Below the pieces are notes generated by a model. That model made no database searches, was not told where the DNA came from, and saw nothing but the letters and a program-made list of their open reading frames with translations. DNA of 64,000 nt from Bdellovibrionota bacterium. Lineage in GTDB: Bacteria > Bdellovibrionota_C > UBA2361 > CAKMMH01. The stretch covers positions 65,093 through 129,092 of the forward strand of contig JAXFOK010000005.1 of assembly GCA_034180415.1 (NCBI GenBank), read 5' to 3'. Positions 10,975-21,144 of this stretch are shown in pieces. Made by a program: the position numbers and the translations under genes. How positions within the stretch are numbered: position 1 is the stretch's first letter; each line of letters opens with the position of its first letter.

Positions 10975-13752
10975 ATGAAGGGTAATATCAAATTTTTGGG
11001 AATTTTTTTTGTCGTTTATGTTTTTATTTTAAGTTTGATATTCAACAATAACTCATTATCTTACCTTAATACTACTAAAATTATAAAAACTTTAAATGTA
11101 ACTAATTTTAATAAATATAAGGTTAATAATAACAATAAAAACTTTGATTTAGAAATTCCCCTTAACCCCTATAATAACGGAACCTCTTATACTGTTTCTC
11201 TTAAATTAAATAACACTTTAAATAAACTATTCAAAACTCATATAAGCTTATATGATGTAAATACAAATAAATTAGCCTATAAGAAACTTTTTAATATAAA
11301 AAAAGGAAGAAGCGTAATTCTTGCTAAAATTTCATACGAAACAAAAGATACAAATTATAAACTAAAAATTGAATCTTCAAATGAAAATATTATAAAAAAT
11401 ATAAAAATTTCTCAAAATAACGTTACACCAAAAATTGTAAATGCTTCCTGCTATGTTTTTCAAGCTTTAATATATAGCATAATTTTATTTGCTTTTATTT
11501 TATTTACCTATTTTCATAGAAAACAAATATTTAATTTAAAAAATATAAGAGATTTTTTTCTAGTAAGCTTAATTACTCTAATACTACTAGGATACATCTA
11601 TAATAACTTTAACTGGGATTTTGTTAATGTACCTATTTATTTTCTAGGCTTAAATGATGCCCACTGCTTAGCTGTACTAAAAAACGCTATGCAAGGAAAT
11701 AGCTATTGGCATATTCCAAACTTAGGAGCACCTTTTGGAACAAATGTTTATTATTATCCAATCCTAATGGGGTTTTATTACTATTTTGGAAGGCTTTTGG
11801 GAATTTTTACGAATAATGTCATTTTTGTAAATAATTTATATTTAATATTAACTTTTATACTTTCTTCTTTTGGGGTTTTTATAATTGCAAGAATTTTTAA
11901 AATTAATTATTTTCTTGCCATTCTCGGAGGCTTGCTTTTTTCAATTTCTCAGAATCATTTAATAAGAAACGGTCTACACGTCCAAATTTCATCATATTTT
12001 GTAAACATAATCGTTTTTTATTACTGTTTTAAAATTGTTAAAGATGAAAAATTCAATAATAAATTAATCTTACTAAATGATAAATTAAAATTATACATAG
12101 GTTTAATCTTAGGAGCTTTCTTACTTGGGTCAGTAGAAATTTATTATGCTTATTTTGGATTGATATTTTTAACTCTAAGTGTGTTTATATCATTATTTAA
12201 TAAAAGATATACCGCAAGCATTAGAGGATTATTATTTATTTTTTTAATATTTATATGTTTAGCAAATAGCTTACTTCCTGCTATCATAAACGCAATTTTA
12301 AATGGAGCTACTAAATCTGCTGTAAGAAGTCCATCTGAAGCTTTTTATTATGGATTAATGCTAGTTCATTTGTTTAAACCGTATAATGTTACTAGCTCTC
12401 ATATTTTTTCTGCTATTTCTAACTCTTATGATAAAGTAATGCCATTTAAAGGAGAAGTGCTTTATAATTATCTTGGAATATTAGGAGGAATAGGATTTTT
12501 ATTATTACTATTATTTTTACTTGTTGAACCCTTTAAAAATATAATACAAAAATATGAAAAGCAAGAAAATAGAGGAACATTAAGTCTTATTTCGATACTA
12601 AATATTTTTGCACTTTTAGTCGGATTTCAAAGTGGTATAGGGATAATAATATCTTTAATGGGGCTTACGCAATTTAGAGCATATAATCGTATTAGTGTTT
12701 ATATCTTACTGTTTTCAGTATTTACACTAATTTATTTACTCGATATCTTCTTTAAGAGAGCCTTTAAAAATAAAACAAACGTATATGTAGCTATCTTTTC
12801 ATTGTTTTTATTATATATTCATATTGTAGATATTAATCCTTCAAATTTAGTTCAAGATTTTAATACAAATAAAGAAAAAGTTAATAATGTAAAAGAGTAT
12901 GCTAAAAACTTAGATGATTACTATAAAGATGGCGCAAAGATTTTACAATTACCTGTTTTATTATTTGTTGATAATTATGTAAGAGATGATTTTACAAACT
13001 GTAATTATCAAGTTTGGCCATATCTTTTTACAAAAAATATTAGGTATAGTTTTGGCGCATTTAAAAATACAAAAGAGTTTTTTATGCAAAATGCACTATT
13101 TGATGATAATAATATTGAAAATGTTGTGTCAAATGCTAAGAATTATGGTTTTAATGGAATAAGCGTAAATACAGATATATATGATAATAGTGATGTCGTA
13201 GCTAGTTTAAAAAACCTTTTAGGTGAACCTAAAATTGTAAGCAAGCTTGGAAACATATTATTGTTTGATTTAAAGGATTATAAATCAAATAAGGAAGTGC
13301 ATTTTAAAAATATTAATTTAATAGAAAACGATAGTAATATTATTAGTGGATTTAGTGGATTAGAAAGAGGAAAAGATTTTTATATAAGATGGGCGGTTTT
13401 AGATGAAAATTTTAACTTAAAGAAAAATAATGGCATAAATTCTTATATTTATTATATTCCTCCAAAAGGTAAGTCATATAAGATTGTTTTAAATGTTCAC
13501 TCTGAAATTGATAATACATTAAAGGTATACGTAAATAATAATAAAGTAGGGGATTTTAAAATTGAAAAAGGGGATAGTATTTTTGAGACCAAAACAATAT
13601 TAAAAGGGAGCGGGGCTAAAAAATTAGAACCTAGTGTGTTAATGTTAGAACATAGTAAGTCTTTTAGACCAAGCAGTTTTGATAATAAATCAATAGATAA
13701 AAGAATATTAACATTAGCATATAAGGAAATCTTGGTTAAAATTTTAGAGTAA
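10975..13752 (+). CDS. large polytopic membrane protein, paralog B (925 aa), with an extra N-terminal extracytoplasmic module
   Basis: Shares all conserved blocks with paralog A (NFNWDFVNVPIYFLGLNDAHCLAVLKN..GNSYWH..NLGAPFG; NCNYQVWPYLFTKNIRYSFGAFKNTKEFF; YGFNGISVNTDIYD). Also carries an N-terminal about 150-aa region (LDLEIPLNPYNNGTSYTVSLKLNN...) absent from A. SD sequence AAGGA 11 nt upstream. Confidence 0.6.
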   Translation: MKGNIKFLGIFFVVYVFILSLIFNNNSLSYLNTTKIIKTLNVTNFNKYKVNNNNKNFDLEIPLNPYNNGTSYTVSLKLNNTLNKLFKTHISLYDVNTNKLAYKKLFNIKKGRSVILAKISYETKDTNYKLKIESSNENIIKNIKISQNNVTPKIVNASCYVFQALIYSIILFAFILFTYFHRKQIFNLKNIRDFFLVSLITLILLGYIYNNFNWDFVNVPIYFLGLNDAHCLAVLKNAMQGNSYWHIPNLGAPFGTNVYYYPILMGFYYYFGRLLGIFTNNVIFVNNLYLILTFILSSFGVFIIARIFKINYFLAILGGLLFSISQNHLIRNGLHVQISSYFVNIIVFYYCFKIVKDEKFNNKLILLNDKLKLYIGLILGAFLLGSVEIYYAYFGLIFLTLSVFISLFNKRYTASIRGLLFIFLIFICLANSLLPAIINAILNGATKSAVRSPSEAFYYGLMLVHLFKPYNVTSSHIFSAISNSYDKVMPFKGEVLYNYLGILGGIGFLLLLLFLLVEPFKNIIQKYEKQENRGTLSLISILNIFALLVGFQSGIGIIISLMGLTQFRAYNRISVYILLFSVFTLIYLLDIFFKRAFKNKTNVYVAIFSLFLLYIHIVDINPSNLVQDFNTNKEKVNNVKEYAKNLDDYYKDGAKILQLPVLLFVDNYVRDDFTNCNYQVWPYLFTKNIRYSFGAFKNTKEFFMQNALFDDNNIENVVSNAKNYGFNGISVNTDIYDNSDVVASLKNLLGEPKIVSKLGNILLFDLKDYKSNKEVHFKNINLIENDSNIISGFSGLERGKDFYIRWAVLDENFNLKKNNGINSYIYYIPPKGKSYKIVLNVHSEIDNTLKVYVNNNKVGDFKIEKGDSIFETKTILKGSGAKKLEPSVLMLEHSKSFRPSSFDNKSIDKRILTLAYKEILVKILE

Positions 13753-13866
13753 CTTTACAAATGTTTTAGATTTTCAATTTTTAATAAATTACTTTATAAT
13801 ATTAATTATTGATAACTATTCAAAAATATTTAATTTTTTCTATATTATATTTTTTAGATTTTATTT

Positions 13867-16659
13867 ATGAAAAAACTTTCTTATTTATTTTTATTTATTT
13901 TTATTTTGTCTTTTAGCTTAATATTAAGTCTAGTTTTTTATAGAAACCCATTATCAAATATTACAAGGACTAAAATTGTAAAAAGTTTTGGTAATACTAA
14001 TTTAAAAGATATTCAAAGAAATAGTGATAATGATAAATTAGACTTAGAGATTCCCCTTAATCCTAATAATAATGGTAATTCTTTTACCGCATCAATTAAT
14101 CTTAATAATTCATTTGATAAGGAAGGCGATATATTAATAAGCTTATATGAAAGAGATACAAATAAACTAATATATGATAAGCATTTTAATATTATAAAAG
14201 GGGAAAGTGTAATATTTCCTAAAATATTTTATGAAAATAAAGATATAAGTTATATTTTAAAAATTAAAGCTGAAAATAAAGAAATTTTAAAAAATATTGT
14301 AATTTTTCAAAATGAAATAACTTTAAAATTCATAAATTCAATCTGCTATATTTTTCAAGCATTACTATATACGCTAATATTTTGTTCTTTAATTGCATTT
14401 TTATATTGTTATAAAGCAAGAATATTTAATATTAAAAATATTAGTATCTTTATTATAACTAGTACAATAGTTTTAACATTATTTGGATACCTATATAATA
14501 ATTTTAATTGGGACATAGTTAATGTTCCTTTATATTTAGTCGGTATTGATGATTTTCATTTCTTATCCGTTGCGAAAAATGCCGTTGATCGAAATAGTTT
14601 TTGGTATATGAATGATATGGGGGCACCATTTGGAGTTGCAAGGTATAACTTCCCAATGCTTATGGCATTTTACTATGATTTTTGTTATTTCTTTGGATTT
14701 TTTACTAATAATGCAATTTTTATCACTAATTTATATTATATATTAACTTTTATTTTGGCTGTGTTTGGTTTTGTTTTAATAGCAAAAGAATTAAAAATTA
14801 ATTATTATCTTGCAGTTCTTGGTGGAATTATATTTTCATTTTCTCAATATCATATATTTAGAAGTACACATCATCTTACAGCATCTTCTTATTTTGTCGT
14901 AACCTTAGTTTTATATTTTTGTTTACATATTGTTTTAAAAGATAAATTTAATAATTGGAATTTAAAAATTGCAGATAAAATTAAGATATATTCTAGCTTA
15001 ATACTTAGTAGCTTTTTGATTGGGTCTGTAGATATATTTTATGCGTATTTTGGATGTGCATTTATCGCGTTATGTTTACTGATGGCATTATTTAGTAAGA
15101 GATATATTGCAAGTCTTAGAGGTTTATTTTTCATAATAATGATTTTACTAGTTCTTGTAAACAATTTATATCCATCAATATTAAATAGTATAATTCATGG
15201 GACGACCAAAACATCTATGCGAGATCCCTATGAGGTTTTTTTCTATGGATTAAGTTTAGTACACCTATTTATGCCAAGAACTTTTGGTGAATTTCACATA
15301 TTTTCGTGGTTAACACAGTCTTATAATAATTCAAGATTTTTTAGAAGCGAGGCAACAGCTAGTTATCTTGGTATAATAGGTATTATAGGATTTTTAGTTC
15401 TCTTATCTGTTTTACTTATAGATAGTTTTAGAAAAATTCTTCAAAAGTATGAAGAAAATTCTAATAAGGGAATGTTAAAATTCTTATCTAGGTTAAATAT
15501 TTTTGCATTACTTCTTGGATTACAAAGCGCAATAGGTGTGTTTGTCGCATTAGTTGGTTTTACTAAGGTTAGAACTTATAATCGTATTTCAGTCTATATA
15601 TTATTATTTTCGATACTTACAACCATTTATTTGTTTGATATTTTCTTTAAAAAATTTTTTAAAAATTTTAAACCAGTCTCTAATCAGATTTGTCTTATAA
15701 TTTTATGTATTGGATTATTGTTTATTCACATAAAAGATACTTATTTAGTAAAATTTCCTCAAAATTTTGACGCTAATAATAAGAAAGTTAGCATAGTTAA
15801 AAAATATGCCACAAATATTAATAAACATTATAAAAATGGTGCCATGATTTTACAATTGCCTATTCTTACATATCCAGAAAATTATGTATCACAAAAGCTA
15901 ACTAATTGTAACTTTCAAGTGTTTCCATATCTTTTTACAAAAAATATAAAATGGAGTCATGGAGCATTAAATCACACCAATGAGTCTTTTTTCCAGAAAA
16001 GTTTATTTGGCTCTGATGATATTGAGAATGATATTATCAATGCAAAGATTCAAGGTTTTGATGGAATTAGTATAAATACTGATATTTATGATTATACTGA
16101 CATTTTAGCGTCTGTTAAAAAAATTTTAGGAAAACCACTTTTTGTAAGTAAGAATAATAAATTATATTTTTTTGATTTAACTAATTATAGAATTGATAAG
16201 CTAGCTAATGTTAATAACATAAATTTTATCAAGGATGAATTATATTTAGGTGATGGTTGGAGTGATTTATGGCCACCAAGAGATGTTCAAAGTAGATGGG
16301 CATTTGTAGAGAGTAATAAAACGAAAGCAAAAAATAAAAATTTAGGGGGAAGCACATATGTTAGGTTTATTTCTTATGCTAAATCACCATATAAAATTGT
16401 AATTAAAGCTTCATCACCTATAAAAAATCATTTAAAAGTTTATCTAAATAATTCTATTATCGGAGATTTTTCAGTTAATAAAGGTGATAACGTATTTGAA
16501 ACAAAATATATTTATGAAGATTCTTCAAAGAATCTTTATGAACCTAACTTAATTAAGTTAGAACATTCATTATCGTTTAAACCGAGTGAGATTTATAAAA
16601 AAAGTCGTGATCATAGGTCGTTGACTTTAAAATATAATGAGATTAGCTTGAGAGATTAA
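13867..16659 (+). CDS. large polytopic membrane protein, paralog C (930 aa), same architecture as B
   Basis: LDLEIPLNPNNNGNSFTASINLNN; NFNWDIVNVPLYLVGIDDFHFLSVAKN..RNSFWY..DMGAPFG; NCNFQVFPYLFTKNIKWSHGALNHTNESFF; QGFDGISINTDIYD. Confidence 0.6.
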   Translation: MKKLSYLFLFIFILSFSLILSLVFYRNPLSNITRTKIVKSFGNTNLKDIQRNSDNDKLDLEIPLNPNNNGNSFTASINLNNSFDKEGDILISLYERDTNKLIYDKHFNIIKGESVIFPKIFYENKDISYILKIKAENKEILKNIVIFQNEITLKFINSICYIFQALLYTLIFCSLIAFLYCYKARIFNIKNISIFIITSTIVLTLFGYLYNNFNWDIVNVPLYLVGIDDFHFLSVAKNAVDRNSFWYMNDMGAPFGVARYNFPMLMAFYYDFCYFFGFFTNNAIFITNLYYILTFILAVFGFVLIAKELKINYYLAVLGGIIFSFSQYHIFRSTHHLTASSYFVVTLVLYFCLHIVLKDKFNNWNLKIADKIKIYSSLILSSFLIGSVDIFYAYFGCAFIALCLLMALFSKRYIASLRGLFFIIMILLVLVNNLYPSILNSIIHGTTKTSMRDPYEVFFYGLSLVHLFMPRTFGEFHIFSWLTQSYNNSRFFRSEATASYLGIIGIIGFLVLLSVLLIDSFRKILQKYEENSNKGMLKFLSRLNIFALLLGLQSAIGVFVALVGFTKVRTYNRISVYILLFSILTTIYLFDIFFKKFFKNFKPVSNQICLIILCIGLLFIHIKDTYLVKFPQNFDANNKKVSIVKKYATNINKHYKNGAMILQLPILTYPENYVSQKLTNCNFQVFPYLFTKNIKWSHGALNHTNESFFQKSLFGSDDIENDIINAKIQGFDGISINTDIYDYTDILASVKKILGKPLFVSKNNKLYFFDLTNYRIDKLANVNNINFIKDELYLGDGWSDLWPPRDVQSRWAFVESNKTKAKNKNLGGSTYVRFISYAKSPYKIVIKASSPIKNHLKVYLNNSIIGDFSVNKGDNVFETKYIYEDSSKNLYEPNLIKLEHSLSFKPSEIYKKSRDHRSLTLKYNEISLRD

Positions 16660-16687
16660 AGTTCTTGTATAATTGAGGATGATGTAT

Positions 16688-17813
16688 ATGGAACGAAATA
16701 TACAATTTGCCATCTTACAAACTATTGCAATTATATTTGTTGTAGTAGGGCATAGTGGTGGAATTTCGATTGGCTTTGAATGGTTTTCTATAAGTAGTTT
16801 TAATATTCCACTCTTTATTTTTATATCAGGATATTTTATAAAGAAGAGCAAGAAAATAAACTGTTAATAACTTTTATAAAGAAGATTAATAAATTTTTGA
16901 TACCAGGTCTAATAATTAATGCTATGTATGGTATTTTGTTAATCTTTTTAAAAAAATATGCTCACTTGCAGTATGGAAATGAAATTAATTTTACTACTCT
17001 TTTTATTCTTCCATTCCAATATTGTTTTCAGCTTGGTATTAATCACCCAATGTGGTTTATTTTTGCACTGTTCTTAATTCAAATAACATATTTAATACTA
17101 AGAAAATTAATTTTTACAAAAAATGATATTATTAAAAATAGCATAATATTTATTACGACTACTGTATAGGAGTATATTTTGTTCATAAAGCATATGTAAT
17201 GAATGAAGCGAGAATTGATTTTTATGTTACTGTGCAACATATTGCATACAGACTTTTCTTTTATCATCTAGGTTATTTATATCATAAATACATTGAAAAA
17301 TATGATAAATTGAATAATCTTTTGTATTTTATAATCATTTTTGCTTTGCAGGCATTATTAATAGTTATCACAAATGGAAATATTGGGATCTCAATGTGGA
17401 ATGCAAATTATAATAATTTAAAAACATATCCTATCATGGCTTTGATAACGCCACTTACTGGAATATTTTTATGGCTTAGAATTTCAAAAATTTTGGTTCC
17501 GTCATTTAAAGATAGTAAATTAATAAATTTTATAAGTAAAAATACTTGGTCTGTTATGGTTCATCATCAAATGGTATTTATCTTAATTAATTTATTACTA
17601 TTATCTTGTTATCAGGTCTTTCATATCTTTAGTGATTTTAATGTCGAAGAATTTAGAACGCAAATCTGGTATATATATAAATTGTTTGGTTATCATAATT
17701 TTGCTTTGATATATGCGTTTTTGGGGCTTGCGATTCCACTTTGTATTAAATATGTTTTGCAAAGATTATCAACAAGGAATGTTGTAATTAAATATATAGC
17801 TAAGATCTTTTAA
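16688..17813 (+). pseudogene. acyltransferase family 3 (OafA/OatA-like membrane O-acyltransferase) gene broken into three frames
   Basis: N-terminus MERNIQFAILQTIAIIFVVVGHSGG is the classic acyltransferase_3 start. The roughly 360-aa coding potential is split across ORFs 16673-16867, 16897-17169 and 17199-17813 in three different frames, which requires two frameshifts. Confidence 0.55.
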
Positions 17814-17825
17814 TAAATATTTAAT

Positions 17826-17872
17826 AAAAAATCCTCTTACTTTTTATAAATAGGAAAGTAAGAGGATTTTTT
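17826..17872. terminator. bidirectional Rho-independent terminator between convergent genes
   Basis: AAAAATCCTCTTACTTT / AAAGTAAGAGGATTTTTT perfect 15-bp stem flanked by A and T tracts on both sides. Confidence 0.6.
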
Positions 17873-17882
17873 AATATTAACT

Positions 17883-18815
17883 TTATTTCTTTTCAGCAGT
17901 AGTGGTAGTATTATTACTAAAAATTTCCTTTATTGTATTAAGGCTTCCAAGCACTCCAGAGGTTTCTACTGGCATAAAGATTTTTGTTGCTTGTCCATTT
18001 GCCATTTTCTCAAGAGATTCAAGATATTTTAATGTAATTAAATCTTTAGTTGGACGTCCTTCATGCATTGCATTAAATACATTTACAATAGCCTGAGCTT
18101 CACCTGATGCTATTGCAATCTTTTTGTATTTCTCAGCATCTGCAACTTGTTTAATAGCCTCGGCTTCACCTTCGGCTTTTTTGATTTGTGCTTCTTTTTG
18201 ACCATCAGCTATAAGAATTTGTGATTGCTTCTCAGCTTCTGCCTCAAGGATTTTAGCACGTCTGTAACGCTCAGCTTTCATTTGTTTATGCATCGCATCT
18301 GTAACATCTACAGGTGGTTCAATTCTCTTAATTTCAACTCTTGTAACCTTAGTACCCCATTTATCAGTTACTTCATCCAGAGATTTTTGAAGCTTAGCAT
18401 TAATTGATTCTCTTGAACTTAAAGATTCATCTAGTGACATATCACCAATTACATTTCTTAAATTAGTTTGCGCAAGGTTTACAATTGCTAACCAAAAATT
18501 TGCTATATTGTAATTATAACAATATGGATCTACTACTTCTAGAAAAACCACGGCATCTACTGTTGCTACAACATTATCTTTAGTGATAACTTCTTGAGGC
18601 GGAATATCTACGACTTGCTCTCTTAAATCAATTTTAACCATGGTTTCTAATAATGGTACAACAATTTTTAATCCAGGTTTTAAGATTCTGTCAAATTTAC
18701 CAAGTCTTTCAACTAGTCCATTTTGATATGGTCTAATTATTTTAATTCCAGAGAGAATAAAAATAATTAGCACAACCGCCAAAATTCCAAATATAAAAGT
18801 AAAAACTTCTCCCAT
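17883..18815 (-). CDS. SPFH/band-7 domain protein (stomatin/HflK-C family)
   Basis: N-terminal TM helix followed by an SPFH domain (RPYQNGLVERLGKFDRILKPGLKIVVP..., ...ILEAEAEKQSQILIADGQKEAQI coiled-coil/Ala-Glu-rich tail). Confidence 0.8.
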   Translation of the reverse strand: MGEVFTFIFGILAVVLIIFILSGIKIIRPYQNGLVERLGKFDRILKPGLKIVVPLLETMVKIDLREQVVDIPPQEVITKDNVVATVDAVVFLEVVDPYCYNYNIANFWLAIVNLAQTNLRNVIGDMSLDESLSSRESINAKLQKSLDEVTDKWGTKVTRVEIKRIEPPVDVTDAMHKQMKAERYRRAKILEAEAEKQSQILIADGQKEAQIKKAEGEAEAIKQVADAEKYKKIAIASGEAQAIVNVFNAMHEGRPTKDLITLKYLESLEKMANGQATKIFMPVETSGVLGSLNTIKEIFSNNTTTTAEKK

Positions 18816-19055
18816 AATTTCTCCTTAGAAAACGAAAATGAATTTTTACGACAACTAATATAATTATTATTTAATTTAATAATACTAGCAATGAGGAATT
18901 CTATTTAAGATTTTCTTAGCTTTTAATAAATAATAATTTATTTTTATCAATTTTAGGATCTAATAGGATTTCTACACACAAAAAATTTGCAATTTCATTA
19001 AAGAAGATGTTTTAAAAAAAAATGCTTAAAAGAGACATTAAATTTTAAATTAAAA

Positions 19056-19505
19056 TTAATCTTTTTTTGCAATTTCAACAACTAATTTTACACCTGAAAT
19101 TTTTTTGATTGATACAGTTTCATTTAGTGAAATTTGTTTTCCCGACTCGCTCGTTGCCATCCATGTTTCATTCTCAACTTTTACGCTTCCTGTTCCAAAT
19201 TCTGGAATTTCCTCTGTAACAATTCCGATTAGTCCAATTAATCTTTCCGAGTTTGCCACTTTTAAATCGTTACCTTTTTTATTGCTAGAAATTCTTTTTT
19301 GTCTTAAAAATAAAAATATTGTAAGGGAACTTATTGCGCAAAATGTAAGACATTGATACATAAATGAAAGTTTAAATGCAGCACATATTGCAGCACCTGT
19401 ACAAGCTAGTCCTAAAAATAATAAAACGAAAGTACCAGATAACATTTCTAAAATGAATAAAAGTGCAGCTATTAGAAACCATATTTGCCAAGAAAGAAGT
19501 TCCAT
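19056..19505 (-). CDS. NfeD-like membrane protein (short form), stomatin operon partner
   Basis: Two to three N-terminal TM helices plus a C-terminal OB-like beta domain (GIVTEEIPEFGTGSVKVENETWMATSE...VKLVVEI). It sits upstream of the SPFH gene on the same strand, which is the conserved NfeD-stomatin pairing. Confidence 0.65.
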   Translation of the reverse strand: MELLSWQIWFLIAALLFILEMLSGTFVLLFLGLACTGAAICAAFKLSFMYQCLTFCAISSLTIFLFLRQKRISSNKKGNDLKVANSERLIGLIGIVTEEIPEFGTGSVKVENETWMATSESGKQISLNETVSIKKISGVKLVVEIAKKD

Positions 19506-19604
19506 GATTATTTCCCTTATTATTTGATATATTGCATTTTGTAATATATATTAAGAATATTAATTTTTAAGTTTGCTAGCAATAATAATTTTTATTTTTT
19601 TGCC

Positions 19605-19910
19605 ATGTACGATTTTATAACAGAAAATGACAATTCTTTAATACTATCTTGTTATATTCAAGCAGGCGCTTCGAAATCCAGGATTTGTGGTGAATTTAAT
19701 GGAAATTTAAAACTTCAAATTCAATGTCCACCTGTTGATGGAAAAGCAAATAACGAAATTATTAAATTTCTTTCAAAAACCTTTAATGTCTCAAAATCTA
19801 AAGTTGGTATAATAAAAGGAGAGAAACAAAAAACAAAAATTATAAAGATATCAGGGATTTCCAAAAAAGATTTCGTGAAAATACTTGAAGAATTAGAAAA
19901 TAGTGATTAA
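19605..19910 (+). CDS. DUF167/YggU family protein
   Basis: The 101-aa sequence matches the YggU pattern (..LKLQIQCPPVDGKANNEIIKFLSKTFNVSKSKVGIIKGEKQKTKII.I.G). Confidence 0.55.
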   Translation: MYDFITENDNSLILSCYIQAGASKSRICGEFNGNLKLQIQCPPVDGKANNEIIKFLSKTFNVSKSKVGIIKGEKQKTKIIKISGISKKDFVKILEELENSD

Positions 19911-19960
19911 TTATATATGTGTTAAAGAGAGTAATTATATTGTGAAGGTCAAAGTAGAAT

Positions 19961-20209
19961 ATGCCAATATATGAATATAAATGTCCAAATTGTGGAAAGT
20001 TTGAAGTTTTCCAAAAGATTACAGAAGAAAATTTGAAAGAATGCCCAAAGTGCAAAGAGCAGGGGAAAAGTGTTCCTGTAGAAAAATTAATTTCTGAGTC
20101 AAGTTTTGTCCTTAAGGGAACCGGTTGGTATGAAACTGACTATGGAAGCAAGTCTCATAGTTGCTCATCAGGAAAATCATGTGGCTGTAAAGGTCATTGT
20201 AACCATTAA
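19961..20209 (+). CDS. FmdB-family zinc-ribbon protein
   Basis: [16 protein letters not shown]...CPKC: the N-terminal CxxC-x(n)-CxxC zinc ribbon typical of FmdB/putative regulatory proteins, with a Cys-rich tail. Confidence 0.55.
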   Translation: MPIYEYKCPNCGKFEVFQKITEENLKECPKCKEQGKSVPVEKLISESSFVLKGTGWYETDYGSKSHSCSSGKSCGCKGHCNH

Positions 20210-20354
20210 ATGAATTTAAGTATATTTATAAACTAATGATTAAGAATGTTTCGTTAAAAATGATTTAATAGTTATATTAAATATTTTTTGAGACTTTTTT
20301 CTCATATGAAGAATTTTTTCGAAATGGAAATCTGGTGTCTAGGTATCAGAAAAT

Positions 20355-20385
20355 CTAGGAACCCTAGCGCTGTTCCTAGTTTTAT
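20355..20385. terminator. hairpin terminator between convergent FmdB-like and recO-like genes
   Basis: CTAGGAAC-cctagcgct-GTTCCTAG followed by TTTTAT. Confidence 0.4.
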
Positions 20386-20400
20386 ATAGTGGAATTTTAA

Positions 20401-21003
20401 TTACATATTAGACTTTTTTTGTGGTAAAATGCTCATAAGCATATTTAAACTTTTTAAGTTAGTTTCTGAAATTTCGATAATTTTATTTATAAGTTGTATT
20501 AGATTATTTTTTGATGCAATAAGTTTTCTTTTTGAATCTTCAAAACCAAGTATCACTAAAAGTGAAAATAGACAATCATAAAGGTGTTTAAAAATTTTTA
20601 ATTCCTCACTTTCTTTATTAATAACATTTAGTGTGTTTTTTATTAAGTTAAATGCATTTTTACATTCGTCATATTCTTTTATTAAATTATTTGTACATTC
20701 CATTAATGTCATGCTTACACATAATTTTTTAAAATTCTCACGTAAATTTTTATAATTTTCGATAAATTTAAAATCTTTAAGTTTATTTAAATTTTCATCT
20801 GATTCGATTATTTCAAATTGGCAAATATCAAGGACTTCAGGCGCTCCTTGCCCTTTTTTTGCACGTTTAACATTTGGTGCAAAAAGAGAAATTTTCTTAT
20901 TTTCTGATGTTAATATAGTAAAAATCTTATTATAATCTCCAGATTCTGCGTATCTTAATACAACGCCATCAATTTTTTTTGTTGATATATTTAAATTTTT
21001 CAT
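20401..21003 (-). CDS. recO: RecO-like recombination mediator (short, lacks the C-terminal zinc finger)
   Basis: N-terminal OB-fold region GVVLRYAESGDYNKIFTILTSENKKISLFAPNVKRAKKG aligns with the RecO N-domain (..VLh.r...E.s.i...lT.e.G.......G.r..). At 200 aa, with no CxxC...CxxC motif present. Confidence 0.4.
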   Translation of the reverse strand: MKNLNISTKKIDGVVLRYAESGDYNKIFTILTSENKKISLFAPNVKRAKKGQGAPEVLDICQFEIIESDENLNKLKDFKFIENYKNLRENFKKLCVSMTLMECTNNLIKEYDECKNAFNLIKNTLNVINKESEELKIFKHLYDCLFSLLVILGFEDSKRKLIASKNNLIQLINKIIEISETNLKSLNMLMSILPQKKSNM

Positions 21004-21144
21004 AAAAATTGTTCATTTTTCTTGAAAGGTTTGCTTTTAGTGATTATATAAGAAATCAGTGGAAAAAATCTATTGTTAAAATATTAATAATAAAGCTTAT
21101 ATTAACTATTTATTTTAATTATTTATTTTAATTTAGGTGTAATA

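Noticed and set aside
16673-16687. Start of the acyltransferase at 16673 (MRMMYMERN...)
   Set aside because: Family members begin at the MERN-equivalent position, so the second ATG at 16688 is the likelier start. This is moot in any case because the gene is disrupted.
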